The notes under the pieces: generated by a model | What the model saw: the letters and a program-made list of their open reading frames with translations, nothing else | The model's database searches: none | Told to the model about the DNA's origin: nothing | Part shown: one piece after another, positions 40,150 through 54,688 of the stretch | How the letters are laid out: each line of letters opens with the position of its first letter | How positions within the stretch are numbered: the first letter of the stretch is position 1 | Made by a program: the position numbers and the translations under genes | NCBI GenBank assembly: GCA_964016885.1 | Contig: OZ024764.1 | Span: 10,354,001-10,418,000 of the forward strand | DNA: 64,000 nucleotides | DNA from: Eledone cirrhosa | Taxonomy: Eukaryota | Direction of reading: 5' to 3'

Positions 40150-41150
40150 GTATCATGTGCTACGGACGACGTAACAGCAATGGTCAGCCAACATAAGGGC
40201 TTCGTCACTCTTCTGAAGAGAGAAAATCTATCTGTATTTGCTGTTCATTGTGTCATTCATCGACAACACTTGGCTGCAAAGAAACTCAGTGAGCCGCTGA
40301 GCAAGTCCTTGCAGGTGACCATTGATGTCATCAATTTTATCAAACAGCATTCCCTCAATGAACGAATTTTCCGGCAACTGTGCCAAGAAAATGATGAAGA
40401 ATTCGTCAAGTTGCTCCTTCATACTGAAGTGAGGTGGCTTTCAAAGGGCAAGTGCTTTACTCACTTCTTTGAACTGTTCGACTCTATCATTGAGTTTCTG
40501 CGAGAACGCAACACAGAACTGTACGAGAAAACCCTCGATGTGAAGCAAGACTGCGCCTACCTCACCAACATCTTCAACAAATGCAATAGCGTCATTTTGG
40601 CTTTGCAGGGAAGAAAATCACCTTGCTTAAAGCAAGGAATGCTGTGAAAACATTCGTGGCCAAATTGAAAATCATCGAAAGGAATCTTTGTTGACGGGAA
40701 TTCTATAATTTTCCTAATGTCGCCAATGTTCAAAACATTGTAAGCGATGACCAACTCCAAATTTATACCACACACCTCCGTGTGCTACAAGACAACATAA
40801 GAGAATCGTCTGTCGACCTTTTGCCGATGGACATCCCAATGTGGGTAGCAGATCCCTTCATAGCTACCGTCGACGATTTGGACGTTAACTTTCAGGAAGA
40901 ATTCATTGAACTTCAAGCGGATGACATGATCAAAAATAGATTTCCCAAAATAGGTGAACCCCTTTCTGGGATGCTAGAGGAAATTCATCGTTGATTTCCA
41001 CACCTACATGCAGAGGCTAAGAGATTTGCTCTGCCTTTTCCAAGCTCATACTTAGTCAAGAGGAGGTTTGGTGCTGTTTCCAGATTGCACAGTAAGGCTC
41101 GCAACCACTACAATGTAATTACAGGTGGAGATCTCTCGCTACATCTTAGG
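40150..41150 (+). pseudogene. Decayed hAT (Charlie/Buster-type) transposase fragment
   Basis: Encodes VHCVIHRQHLAAK, LLLHTEVRWLSKGK, WVADPF and PFPSSYLV.R.F. Contains frameshifts and stops. Confidence 0.88.
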
Positions 41151-41321
41151 AACATTCTGGACTCAGAAATAGCCGTCGAAACGGCTTGAGCTCTGACGTC
41201 GGAGTTAAACATTTTCCTATTACCCACTCTACTACCCTAAGTATTGAGTACTCTGATGCGTTATGATCCATCTGGTTCCTTACCACACTTCCTTCGTTAT
41301 ATATATATATATATATATATA

Positions 41322-41582
41322 TAGTTATGTAATAAACAACATAAGATAATTATTTCATTTACCAGTGGTTTCTTGAAAGCAAACAAATTTGCTTTCAGTC
41401 ATCAGAATGAAAAAAATCCTGGATTTTTTCATTCTGATGACTGAAAGCAAATTTGCTTGCTTTCAAGAAACCAATGGTAAATGAAATAATTATCTTATGT
41501 TGTTTATTACATAACTAATAAGCTCTGTAACCTACATAGAGCACTCTTTTTTCCTGGACCTTTCCGACGGAATTACTTCATT
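41322..41582 (+). mobile_element. Fold-back hammerhead element (palindrome 41322-41517 plus tail)
   Basis: TTTCATT-CTGATGA(41434)-CTGAAAGCAA...TTGCTTTCAA-GAA-ACCAATGGT-A-AATGAAA, mirrored on the left. Confidence 0.78.
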
Positions 41583-41618
<36 letters not shown>

Positions 41619-42189
41619 CTGAGATGAATGGAGATAGATAGATATGTTTCTTTATTAGCCACAGGGGCACAAAAGAAGGGGACAAATACAAAGGGGGAAG
41701 TTTACATACAATAAAAACGTGTAAAATACTATCACAAATACAATTTAAAAGTTAATCGATTTTCCCCAATAGAGGGAGACATTACATATGGGTAACACAT
41801 ACCCCCGAAAAAATGTGCAACCCTCATCTCCAGGAGTACGAAGAGATATATAGATAAATTGATATATTGATGGAGAGATAGTTATATAACTGTTTCTACT
41901 ATTGGCACAAGGCCAGCAATTACCTCAGTACATTACTGGTACTTTATTTTATCGACCTCGTAAGGATGAAAGGCAAAGTTAACCTCGGTGGGATTTGAAA
42001 TCAGAATGGCAAGGGCCGTAACTCTATGCGTCAAAGCATGGCGTCCGACCCTCTATCGATACTGCCAATCCACCGAGATAGTTATATAACGAGATATATA
42101 TTCAGACGGATAGATGAATGTAAAAAGAGACTTAGATAGATATGTTTCTTTATTAGCCACAGGGGCACAAAAGAAGGGGACAAATACAA

Positions 42190-43025
42190 ATAGATAGCTA
42201 GATAGATAGATAGATTAGATAGATGGATAGATAGATAGATAGATGTAGAGATATATAGAGAAACGAATAGATAGAAAGATGAACGTAAAGATAGACATAT
42301 TCAAACAGATAGATTGGCAGATAGGTAGATATACAGATGCATAGAGAAACGAATAGATAGTTAGATAAATGTAATAGTCAGACGGATAGGTATATAGACA
42401 GATTGGAAGACAGACAGACAGACAGACAGATAAATACATTGATAGGTAGAGAAATTGGTTGGTAGATAACGAATAGATAGATAGACAGATAAATACACAG
42501 ACAGACAGACAAATACATTGATAGATAGATAGAGAAATTGGTTGGTAGATAACGAATAGATAGATAGATAGACAAATAAATAAATATATTGATAGATAGA
42601 TAAACTGATAGATAGATATGTATACACAGCTACATGGACAAACGGATAAATAAATACACAGACAGACAGACAAACAGACAGATAAATACATTGATAGATA
42701 GAAATTTCTTTAATAATTGTTTCTACTTTTGGCACAAGGCCAGCAAATACCAGTGTATGACTGGTACTTTATTTTATCGATCCCGTAAGGATGAAAGGCA
42801 AAGTTAACCTTAGATAGATATATTTCTTTATTAGCCACAAGGGCGCAAAAGAAAAGGGGACAATACAAAGACATGCCGGGGATTTTACATAGTCATGTAA
42901 AAAATATCTTAGATAGATAGACAGACAGATAGATATATATGGATAAACAGATAAATAAATAAATATATATATAGATAGATAAATAGATAGATAAATTGAT
43001 AGACAGACAGATCGATAGATAGAAA
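42190..43025. repeat. (GATA)/(GACA) tetranucleotide field
   Basis: Directly visible. Confidence 0.85.
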
Positions 43026-43052
43026 GACAGGTGAAAAAAAAACGTGGCTAAC

Positions 43053-43484
43053 CTCTTTGTTACGATCAACAAGGAATCGAATTGAACACAGATTAAAGAC
43101 GAGAAGAGCTCGGATCAATTCGAAGTTACTTTTACTCCTGTAAGCCTCTGTGGGGTTGTTAAAAGTCAGATCAACAAACGGGTGGCCGTACTCGTCAAGC
43201 CCTTTACCATTTGGGGTGGAACTCAAGGAGGCTGAGGCAAGAGCAGGTGTTGGTGGTGATGGAGGATGCGGAGGTAATGATGATGTTGCCGCGCCCGAAC
43301 TGGATGGAGGAGGAGAAGAAAAAGAGGAAGGTGTCGATGAAAATGACGATGATAGGGGCAGTGATAAACGAAAGGTGGGCTTATGTTGTCTCCACAAGCC
43401 GTAGGAATTTGGTAAACATCTCTGCCGGTAGTTTAAAGAGCGTTGCAGGAGCTTACACGGTAGACTAACAAGTGCGCTCGCCAT
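43053..43484 (-). CDS. PRODH: Proline dehydrogenase (mitochondrial), coding exon 1
   Basis: ATG in ACCAAAATGG context. Encodes MASALVSLPCKLLQRSLNYRQR (presequence-like), a Ser/Pro-rich linker, then DLTFNNPTEAYRSKSNFELIRALLVFNLCSIRFLVDRNKE, typical of the PRODH N-terminus. Donor GAG|GTTAG, phase 0. Confidence 0.92.
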
Positions 43485-43504
43485 TTTGGTAATGAAATAA
43501 CGTG

Positions 43505-43666
43505 TTGTAGTAGTAGTAGTGGTGGTGGTGGTGGTGGTGGTGATGGTGGCCGTAGTTGCAGTAGTAGTACTAGTGGTGGTGGTAGTAGTCGTAGTGGTGG
43601 TGGTGATGATGGTGGCCGTATTGCAGTAGTAGTAGTAGTAGGGGTAGTGGTGGTAGTAGTCGGGGT

Positions 43667-43697
<31 letters not shown>

Positions 43698-43850
43698 GGG
43701 TGGTAGTTGTAGTAGTGGTGGTGGTAGTAATAACAGTAATAGTGGTAGTAGTAGTAGTAGGGGTGGTGGTAGTAGTAGTAGTGGTGGTAGTAGTAGTAGT
43801 AGTAGTGGTAGTAGTGGAGGTGGTGGTTGTTTTAGGTGTAGTAGTAGTAG
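43505..43850. repeat. (GTA/GTG)n trinucleotide tract just upstream of the PRODH ATG
   Basis: Reads (ACT/ACC)n on the gene strand, ending ~20 nt before the start codon. Confidence 0.9.
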
Positions 43851-44065
43851 GAGAGAAACAAAACTAACGTAGACGCACTTCTTTTGCAACACACACACAC
43901 ATACACACATATATACATATACATATACATAAATATCTACAGACAATATATGTATAAAATTCCTGTGACACGTGTGTGTTTGTGTTTATATATATGTATG
44001 TATATTAACATACACACACAAATATATATATATATATAGTAATAATAATAAATTTGAAGACTAAA

Positions 44066-44107
<42 letters not shown>

Positions 44108-44275
44108 ATGTGTTTTAACATAATTCAGTTATATATATTAACACACACACATATATATATATATATACGTGTGTTAATATAATACACACACACAAATATA
44201 TATACATACACACACACACAGATATATATATAAATAAAAGGTATAGAAAATATATATATATATATACACACACAC

Positions 44276-44341
<66 letters not shown>

Positions 44342-44955
44342 GTATATATATATATATATATATGTATTTATATGTATATATATATATATATATGTATTTA
44401 TATGTATATATATATTCGATTTTAAGGCGATCTGAGATACGTTTGGCTGCTATTTCTACCAATTGTGAGCGACCACTGAGGAAATACCCACGTGTGATTG
44501 CTGTTACTGTTGCAACCGTTGTTGTTTAACTCCAGACCAAAGAACGGGTTTAACTAACCCATGATCAAAGACATTCCATTCCAACCGTGGCCACCAGTCA
44601 GGTTTACAGGATCTTCATTAATCTTTCCATAGAACAGGTAGCTTTGGCTGCTATTTCTAGCAATCCGAACGTCCACAGAGAAGCCCCACACGTTCGTGCG
44701 TCTGACTGCTGTCGCTGCTGTTTAACCACAGGTCAGTCACCAACAAGCAAGCCAATGATCAAAGGCATTCCGAACGTGACTATCACGCCTTTCCCCACTC
44801 ATGTACACCAATCCTAGCACTACATACATTATTTTAACAACTGATAAGCTAGTAAGGCCGAGTGATAGCGTGACTAAGACACTACAAATAGGCAAGCTCC
44901 ATAACCAGCAGCACCTGATACATTTTTGGGCGACACACTGTGTATAATATATATA

Positions 44956-45055
44956 CAGGGTGTCCCCCAAAAATGCATACACACTTTCATTACCTGTACA
45001 AGCAATATTTATTTGAATGCTGTTGAAGTATGTATACATTTTTGGGAACTCCCTG
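44956..45055. mobile_element. 100-bp Tc1/mariner-type MITE
   Basis: TA|CAGGGTGTCCCCCAAAAATGCATAC ... GTATACATTTTTGGGAACTCCCTG|TA. Confidence 0.75.
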
Positions 45056-45081
45056 TATATATATTTATATCTACTGTATAT

Positions 45082-45145
<64 letters not shown>

Positions 45146-45397
45146 ACGCGTGTATATATATATATATATATATATACATTCATACACACATATATATTTG
45201 TATATGTATATATATGATGTTTTCTACGCTAAAAAAAATATTTTAGCATTTTTGTGAATGAAAGAAAAGATAAGGTTTGCTATGGGTGTGTTAACTTTCA
45301 GCCAACCAGAGCTCAGAAAACATTATGACGTCATAACATTGTACATGACGTTGGCCAGATCACATACAGATGCACACACAGACACACAGACCGTTAT

Positions 45398-45435
<38 letters not shown>

Positions 45436-46165
45436 GTGTGTATGTGCGCATGTATATATATTTATATATATTTATATATTCGTTTGTATATATGTCCATT
45501 CTCTCTCTCTCTATATATATATATATACAGTCCAGAATTAGCCGTCGAAACGGCTTGAGCTTAGCCGTCGGGGTCCTACTTGTTCCTATATAGATACACA
45601 AGTGTGTGTATATATACATATATATATATATATAGATATAGATGTGTAAAATCCAGACCACGACCCCAAGCGGTTTCGGCTAGTGTTTTTAGCAAGTCTT
45701 TTTTGTACACACACACCCACACACGCACGCACGCACGCGCCCACACAGAGAGAGAGAGAGAGAGAGGGATCCATGGTCTTTTGAGACTGACTGCTGCTAA
45801 TTTTAATATATTATACATACATACGTACGTATATATATATATATATATACCTTCCTCTCACACATATATATATATATCTTTAACACTTTGCACCTCTCTT
45901 AATCTTTCCAACCTACACTCAAGTGAAACTCACCACTCAGATCCAACCACGTCACCGCCACCAAGTAGCACTTGAGTACTCTTGAAACACCACTCAAGTG
46001 CTACACTCGAGTTGTAGATCTGCTCCTAAGAGAGAGAGAGAGGAGGAGGGGGAGGGGGGTAAAATCCCGACCACGACATCAAGCGGTTTCAGCCTGTATG
46101 TTCAACAAGCCTTTTCAGGGGTATAGTGTTGTGGTCAAAGTAGTCACCCCTGCCACACCACTGAA

Positions 46166-46210
<45 letters not shown>

Positions 46211-47048
46211 AGGATTAAAATACTGGAGCGTGTTGGAGTTAAACACCCTCTTCGTATTATAGAAATGACAGTAAAAGGTATAGCTCAATGTAATTAAACA
46301 GAACCGAAGAATTATGAATATATGAAAAATATGAATATATGAAAAATATGGGGAGAAGAATACTGCATGGTTGCACATGGATAACATGTTATAAAATGAG
46401 TCCCTCATCAGTGATTTGCCAACGATCATTGGTATTTCATTGCATTAAAAATCATATACCTCACGTTGGTGCGATAATAACTAAAATAAGTTATTAGGAC
46501 AATTGAAACGCATAAAGCGAGTGAGACAAGTAAACAACACAGGGGGAAGCTAACCGAAGATAGAAAGAAACACAAGCTACATGGTTATTCTATCAGTATA
46601 AGCTGGGTGAATATATGAGCGAGTAAGAAATAGACCTTCCGCTAGTGAATCCGATGTTAGAAAGAAGGAAAATCGTTTTCGAAGCAAACGGGAGGAAGTA
46701 AGAAGGGGAGAAACAGAGACTGAGTGAGTGGGAGTGCGAGGAAGAGGTCAGTAGAGAGAAAGTGTTAACTGACATGACAGAGGGGACGAAAGAAAGTAAG
46801 AGAAACAGAGAGAACGAGGGAGCAGTAAGAGAGAAAGAGAGAAACACAGAATCGCAGTTTAGGTAAATATATGAAAAATATGGGGGAGAAGAATACTGCA
46901 TGGTTGCACATATATATATATATATAATGTAGGAGGTGAGTTTTATTGTAGTACAATATCACACATCAATCTAAAACTACTTCGTATATGTTGATTTAAA
47001 ACTGCACTATCCACAAGTGTTTTTTAGCCTTCATATCATATCCTCCTG

Positions 47049-47115
47049 TTTTATCTGATGAAAACACAAATATTATTGCATGATGATGTTTGTTTTTGAA
47101 ATGCGCATAATAAAA
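47049..47115 (+). ncRNA. Hammerhead ribozyme, same family as 4600-4666
   Basis: Core and stems read the same as the 4606 copy; this one is not palindromic. Confidence 0.78.
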
Positions 47116-47294
47116 TACATGGAACTCCTTTAACCATCTTCTGTTCTTATATATATATATATATATATATATATGCAGAGGTTATATTTAATTTGTTGGG
47201 ATTCAACAAGCTTAAACATTTTTATAACTGATATAAAGCACTCAACAGTTTAGTGGAGTAAATACACAATATATTAACAAAATAGAACTTTGAT

Positions 47295-47331
<37 letters not shown>

Positions 47332-47397
47332 TTTTTACCGTCCCACCCTTGCAAGCAGGGAAAAGCGGATGTAAAAATGAAATGATGAAATGATGAA

Positions 47398-47431
<34 letters not shown>

Positions 47432-47620
47432 TTATACTTTGGTAGGGTCATGCTGCCAATAAAAACACATGCACCTGTTGATTTTCACTTCAATTTATTA
47501 TGAATTTCCAGTTGGTTATCAAAGCTCTTTCGTCACACATTCTGTGACCTCCTCAGTGGCTAGATTTTTATTTTGTGTCTCACCTTTGTTCTGTCCTACA
47601 ACTTCTTGTTTTTGTGTAAA

Positions 47621-47674
<54 letters not shown>

Positions 47675-47679
47675 TTTAA

Positions 47680-47981
47680 CTGTGTCTGAGAGGGATAGAA
47701 TGTAGTGTACGGGAGAGGAGACTGAGGTGGTATGGACATGTGATGCGCATGGAGGATGACCGATGGGTGAAGAAGTGCCAGGAAATGCCAGTTGAAGGAA
47801 GACGTGGTAGAGGTAGACCACGAAAAACATGGGCGGAGGTGGTGAGAACAGACCTCAGATCATTGAAGCTCACGGTGGAGATGACGAGGGACCGTGACGA
47901 GTGGAGAGATGCTGTGCTGAATAAGACCCGTCCCACCCTTGCAAGCAGGGAAAAGCGGACGTAAAATGATGATGATGATGA

Positions 47982-47986
<5 letters not shown>
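47680..47986 (+). mobile_element. RTE LINE extreme 3' end with (GAT)n tail
   Basis: Encodes ERRLRWYGHVMRMEDDRWVKKCQEMPVEGRRGRGRPRKTW...TRPTLASREKRT*. Confidence 0.88.
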
Positions 47987-48062
<76 letters not shown>

Positions 48063-48111
48063 ATAATAAAATGCAAAGTAGTTGTAGATGCTAAAAACTT
48101 CTTTATTGATA

Positions 48112-48188
48112 AGGCTGTGATACATATTTCAATGTTGAGAGTAGCCCTATGATTTCACGGAACCAGTATCACGATCTCATCAGACGGC
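48112..48188 (-). ncRNA. Hammerhead-like motif
   Basis: Minus strand: GCCGT-CTGATGA-GAT...ATT-GAA-ATATGTAT-C-ACAGC, followed by AATAAA. Confidence 0.55.
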
Positions 48189-48871
48189 TTCATTATATAA
48201 TAAGGTTACGTTCTCAAGGCAATCCAAACTAAAGCAGCAATGGAACGGACAAAGATGATGTATGTATATATCATCATCATCATCATCGTTTAACGTCCAT
48301 CTTCCACGCTTGCATGGGTTTGGACGGGAGTTTTCCCACTTGAGGCAAGATTGGTTGTCCTGCTCGTATAGGACTGTCTGGCGGGTTTTCTACGGCTGGA
48401 TGCCCTTCCTAACACCAACCACGTTTACAGTGTGGACTGGGAGGTTTTTACCGTGTTACCTACACGGCCACATTACAGCGTGGACTGTGTTTTTTTTTGT
48501 CGTGACACCTACACGTCTGGCAGGTTTTCTACGGCTGGATGCCCTTCGTAACACCAACCACGTATACAGTGTGGACTGGGAGGTTTTTACCGTGTTACCT
48601 ACACGGCCACATTACAGCGTGTACTGTGTGTTTTTTGTCGTGACACCTACAGGTCTGGCGTATATATATATGATGATATATATATGATGATATATACATA
48701 TATATAAATGCGTGTGTGTGTCTTTTCACCTTCTTTCTCTTGTATGTTGGTGTTATTGTTGTTGTTGTTTAGCCCCAGGTCAATCCTGATCCACTAGACC
48801 TATGATCAAAGATGTTCCAGCTGTGATCATCCTGTCATTTATCCAGACACAGTGTATCTAGGACTACATTA

Positions 48872-51800
48872 TCTAATATGTAAAGGCAGTGCCCTAGCAT
48901 GGCCACAGTCTAATATGTGAAGGCAATGCCCCAACATGGCCACAGTCTAATATGTGAAGGCAATGCCCTAGCATGGCCACAGTCTAATATGTTAAGGCAA
49001 TGCCCTAGCATGTCAACAGTCTAATATGTGAAGGCAATGCCCTAGCATGTCAACAGTCTAATATGTGAAGGCAATGCCCTAGCATGGCCACAGTCTAATA
49101 TGTGAAGGCAATGCCCTACCATGGCCACAGTCTAATATGTTAAGGCAATGCCCTAGCATGTCAACAGTCTAATATGTGAAGGCAATGCCCTAGCATGTCA
49201 ACAGTCTAATATGTGAAGGCAATGCCCTAGCATGGCCACAGTCTAATATGTGGAGGCAATGTCCCAACATGGCCACAGTCTAATATGTGAAGGCAATGCC
49301 CCAACATGGCCACAGTCTAATATGTGAAGGCAATGCCCTAGCATGGCCACAGTCTAATATGTGAAGGCAATGCCCTAGCATGGCCACAATCTAATATGTG
49401 AAGGCAATGCCCCAGCATGGCCACAGTCTAATGTGTTAAGGCAATGCCCTAGCATGGGCACAGTCTAATATATGAAGGCAATGCCCTAGCATGGGCACAG
49501 TCTAATATGTGAAGGCAGTGCCCCAGCATGGCCACAGTCTAATATGTGAAGGCAATGCCCCAACATGGCCACAGTCTAATATGTGAAGGCAATGCCCTAG
49601 CATGGCCACAGTCTAATATGTGAAGGTAATGCCCTAGCATGGCCACAGTCTAATATGTGAAGGCAATGCCCTAGCATGGCCACAGTCTAATATGTGAAGG
49701 CAATGCCCTAGCATGGCCACAGTCTAATATGTGAAGGCAATGCCCTAGCATGGCCACAGTCTAATGTGTTCAGGCAATGCCCTAGCATGGGCACAGTCTA
49801 ATATGTGAAGGCAATGCCCCAGCATGGCCACAGTCTAATGTGTTCAGGCAATGCCCTAGCATGGGCACAGTCTAATATGTGAAGGTAATGCCCTAGCATG
49901 GCCACAGTCTAATATGTGAAGGCAATGCCCCAACATGGCCACAGTCTAATATGTGAAGGCAATGCCCTAGCATGGCCACAGTCTAATATGTGAAGGCAAT
50001 GCCCTAGCATGGCCACAGTCTAATGTGTTCAGGCAATGCCCTAGCATAGGCACAGTCTAATATGTGAAGGCAATGCCCTAGCATGGCCACAGTCTAATAT
50101 GTGAAGGCAATGCCCCAGCATGGCCACAGTCTAATATGTGAAGGCAATGCCCCAGCATGGCCACAGTCTAATATGTGAAGGCAATGCCCCAGCATGGCCA
50201 CAGTCTAATATGTGAAGGTAATGCCCTAGCATGGCCACAGTCTAATATGTGAAGGTAATGCCCTAGCATGGCCACAGTCTAATATGTGAAGGCAATGCCC
50301 CAACATGGCCACAGTCTAATATGTGAAGGCAATGCCCCAACATGGCCACAGTCTAATATGTGAAGGCAATGCCCCAACATGGCCACAGTCTAATATGTGA
50401 AGGCAATGCCCTAGCATGGCCACAGTCTAATATGTGAAGGCAATGCCCTAGCATGGCAACAGTCTAATATGTTAAGGCAATGCCCTAGCATGGCCAAAGT
50501 CTAATATGTGAAGGCAATGCCCTAGCATGGCCACAGTCTAATATGTGAAGGTAATGCCCTAGCATGGCCACAGTCTAATATGTGAAGGCAATGCCCCAAC
50601 ATGGCCACAGTCTAATATGTTAAGGCAATGCCCTAGCATGGCCACAGTCTAATATGTTAAGGCAATGCCCTAGCATGGGCACAGTCTAATATGTGAAGGC
50701 AATGCCCCAACATAGCCACAGTCTAATATGTTCAGGCAATGCCCTAGCATGGGCACAGTCTAATATGTGAAGGCAATGCCCTAGCATGGCCACAGTCTAA
50801 TATGTGAAGGTAATGCCCTAGCATGGCCACAGTCTAATATGTGAAGGCAATGCCCCAGCATGGCCACAGTCTAATATGTGAAGGCAATGCCCTAGCATGG
50901 CCACAGTCTAATATGTGAAGGCAATGCCCTAGCATGGCCACAGTCTAATATGTGAAGGCAATGCCCTAGCATGGCCACAGTCTAATATGTGAAGGCAATG
51001 CCCCAGCATGGCCACAGTCTAATATGTGAAGGCAATGCCCCAGCATGGCCACAGTCTAATATGTGATGGCAATGCCCTAGCATGGCCACAGTCTAATATG
51101 TGAAGGCAATGCCCTAGCATGGCCACAGTCTAATATGTGAAGGCAATGCCCCAGCAATGCCACAGTCTAATATGTTACGGCAAAGCCCTAGCATGGCCAC
51201 AGTCTAATATGTGAAGGCAATGCCCTAGCATGGCCACAGTCTAATATGTGAAGGCAATGCCCTAGCTTGGCCACAGTCTAATATGTGAAGGCAATGCCCT
51301 AGCATGTCCACAGTCTAATATGTGAAGGCAATGTCCCAACATGGCCACAGTCTAATATGTGAAGGCAATGCCCCAACATGGCCACAGTCTAATATGTGAA
51401 GGCAATGCCCTAGCATGGCCACAGTCTAATATGTGAAGGCAATGCCCTAGCATGGCCACAATCTAATATGTGAAGGCAATGCCCCAGCATGGCCACAGTC
51501 TAATGTGTTAAGGCAATGCCCTAGCATGGGCACAGTCTAATATATGAAGGCAATGCCCTAGCATGGGCACAGTCTAATATGTGAAGGCAGTGCCCCAGCA
51601 TGGCCACAGTCTAATATGTGAAGGCAATGCCCCAACATGGCCACAGTCTAATATGTGAAGGCAATGCCCTAGCATGGCCACAGTCTAATATGTGAAGGTA
51701 ATGCCCTAGCATGGCCACAGTCTAATATGTGAAGGCAATGCCCTAGCATGGCCAGAGTCTAATATGTGAAGGCAATGCCCTAGCATGGCCACAGTCTAAT

Positions 51801-52970
51801 ATGTGAAGGCAATGCCCTAGCATGGCCACAGTCTAATGTGTTCAGGCAATGCCCTAGCATGGGCACAGTCTAATATGTGAAGGCAATGCCCCAGCATGGC
51901 CACAGTCTAATGTGTTCAGGCAATGCCCTAGCATGGGCACAGTCTAATATGTGAAGGTAATGCCCTAGCATGGCCACAGTCTAATATGTGAAGGCAATGC
52001 CCCAACATGGCCACAGTCTAATATGTGAAGGCAATGCCCTAGCATGGCCACAGTCTAATATGTGAAGGCAATGCCCTAGCATGGCCACAGTCTAATGTGT
52101 TCAGGCAATGCCCTAGCATAGGCACAGTCTAATATGTGAAGGCAATGCCCTAGCATGGCCACAGTCTAATATGTGAAGGCAATGCCCCAGCATGGCCACA
52201 GTCTAATATGTGAAGGCAATGCCCCAGCATGGCCACAGTCTAATATGTGAAGGCAATGCCCCAGCATGGCCACAGTCTAATATGTGAAGGTAATGCCCTA
52301 GCATGGCCACAGTCTAATATGTGAAGGTAATGCCCTAGCATGGCTACAGTCTAATATGTGAAGGCAATGCCCCAACATGGCCACAGTCTAATATGTGAAG
52401 GCAATGCCCCAACATGGCCACAGTCTAATATGTGAAGGCAATGCCCCAACATGGCCACAGTCTAATATGTGAAGGCAATGCCCTAGCATGGCCACAGTCT
52501 AATATGTGAAGGCAATGCCCTAGCATGGCAACAGTCTAATATGTTAAGGCAATGCCCTAGCATGGCCAAAGTCTAATATGTGAAGGCAATGCCCTAGCAT
52601 GGCCACAGTCTAATATGTGAAGGTAATGCCCCGGCATGGCCACAGTCTAATATGTGAAGGCAATGCCCTAGCATGGCCACAGTCTAATATGTGAAGGCAA
52701 TGCCCTAGCATGGCCACAGTCTAATATGTGAAGGTAATGCCCTAGCATGGCCACAGTCTAATATGTGAAGGCAATGCCCTAGCATGGCCACAGTCTAATA
52801 TGTGAAGGCAATGCCCTAGCATGGCCACAGTCTAATATGTGAAGGCAATGCCCTAGCATGGCCACAGTCTAATATGTGAAGGTAATGCCCTAGCATGGCC
52901 ACAGTCTAATATGTGAAGGCAATGCCCCAGCATGGCCACAGACTAATATGTGAAGGCAATGCCCCAGCAT
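48872..52970 (+). repeat. 37-bp minisatellite, ~110 units
   Basis: Unit aggcaatgccctagcatggccacagtctaatatgtga. Confidence 0.95.
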
Positions 52971-53403
52971 ATAAACAGCAGTGTTTGAGAACTAAGATAA
53001 ATGCTTGTTGGCAAGTTACCAATATATCAGTGGTGGTGGTGGTGGTGTGGTGGTGGTTATAGGTGGTGGTGGTGTGGTGGTGGTAATTGGTGGAGGTGGT
53101 GGTGGTGGTGGAGGAGGCCCGACGGGGTTGTTGTATGGTATGTGTGTCTGGATGGTGGGGGTGGGGTCTACATACATATTTTGTGTCTTAATAACGTCTG
53201 TTAAGTAAATACTTCATTACATAAGTATATCTAGGACTACATCATATAATGTGACCACCAGACGTGCTGTTGTCGCTCTAGTAAATTCCAAAATGTAAAC
53301 CAGCCACCCCCACTCCCTCTCTATCAACTACATTCTTTGATTCCTTTCTCCAGGCTTCAGTGACTACACTGTCGCCATACTGGAGCAATGTTTTCTTTTA
53401 CTG

Positions 53404-53440
<37 letters not shown>

Positions 53441-54637
53441 AATGTGTATTTATATATGTAAATGTATATATATATATATGTAAATGTATATATATATGTA
53501 AATTTATATATATATGTAAATATATATATATATATATATGTAAATGTGTATATATATATGTAAATGTATATATATATATATATGTAAATGTGTATATATA
53601 TATGTAAATGTATATATATATATGTAAATGTATATATATATATATGTAAATGTATATATATATATGTAAATGTATATAGCTGCGATGAATTAGTTTTGCG
53701 AGGTTTTTTATATGAAATCGTGTCGAAATATGACCCTCCCCAAGTATAACAATAAATGTATATATATATATGTAAATGTGTATATATATATGTAAATGTA
53801 TATATATATGTAAATGTGTATGTATATATGTAAATGTATATGTATATATGTAAATATATATGTAAATCCAGGCCGAAACAAATGAGATCGTGTAGGTGTC
53901 ACGAAAAAAAACACACAGTCCAGGCTGTAATGTGACCGTGTAGGTAACACGGTAAAAACCTCCCAGTCTCACACTGTAAATGTGGTTGGTGTTAGGAAGG
54001 GCATCCAACTGTAGAAAACCCGCCAGACAGTCCTATGTGAGCAAGACAACCACTCTTGCCTCAAGTGGGAAAACTCCCGTCCAAACCCATGCAAGCATGG
54101 AACACGGACGTTAAACGATGATGATGATGATGATGATATATATATAAACATAAATTATCGAGAATCGCATTTCGGCCCACGAAATAACGAAAAACAACCT
54201 CCGAGATGTGAGGCAAGTGCTCAATGATTCAGATGAACCAGAGCTATAACAAACATTAAAGGCCAAACACACTGAGACGATGGTTAAACAATCATTCGCA
54301 TAGCCAAAAAAAAACGATCAAGTAATTCGGGTATTGAAAATTTACCCGGACCCCTGGAAGGTTGGTAAAATCCAGTATGTGGGTTTCTGCAGCTCCTAAA
54401 TCAAGTACTGTCCGCTTACATAAATAATGTCAGGCTCCTGGTAAGATGATTGAACAAGGAAGCCACTTTCTCAACAGGTTTCAGTTCAATGTTAATACAA
54501 GGACTGACTATTGCTGACCCCACGTGGGGATTGGCAAGGGAGGCAGCCCCTATATTAGGCGAATGAATTCAGTTGTGTATATTTTTGCAAGAATGCAAAA
54601 ACATCACAAATCGAATAGAGTTGTCAACAGAAGGGTT

Positions 54638-54685
<48 letters not shown>

Positions 54686-54688
54686 ATA

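Noticed and set aside
42909-43052. C-terminal part of the 345-aa ORF
   Set aside because: It is read-through into the intron past the GT donor at 43052.
43485-43946. N-terminal extension of PRODH in the 345-aa ORF
   Set aside because: It is microsatellite-encoded. The ATG at 43484 has good context and begins a presequence-like peptide.
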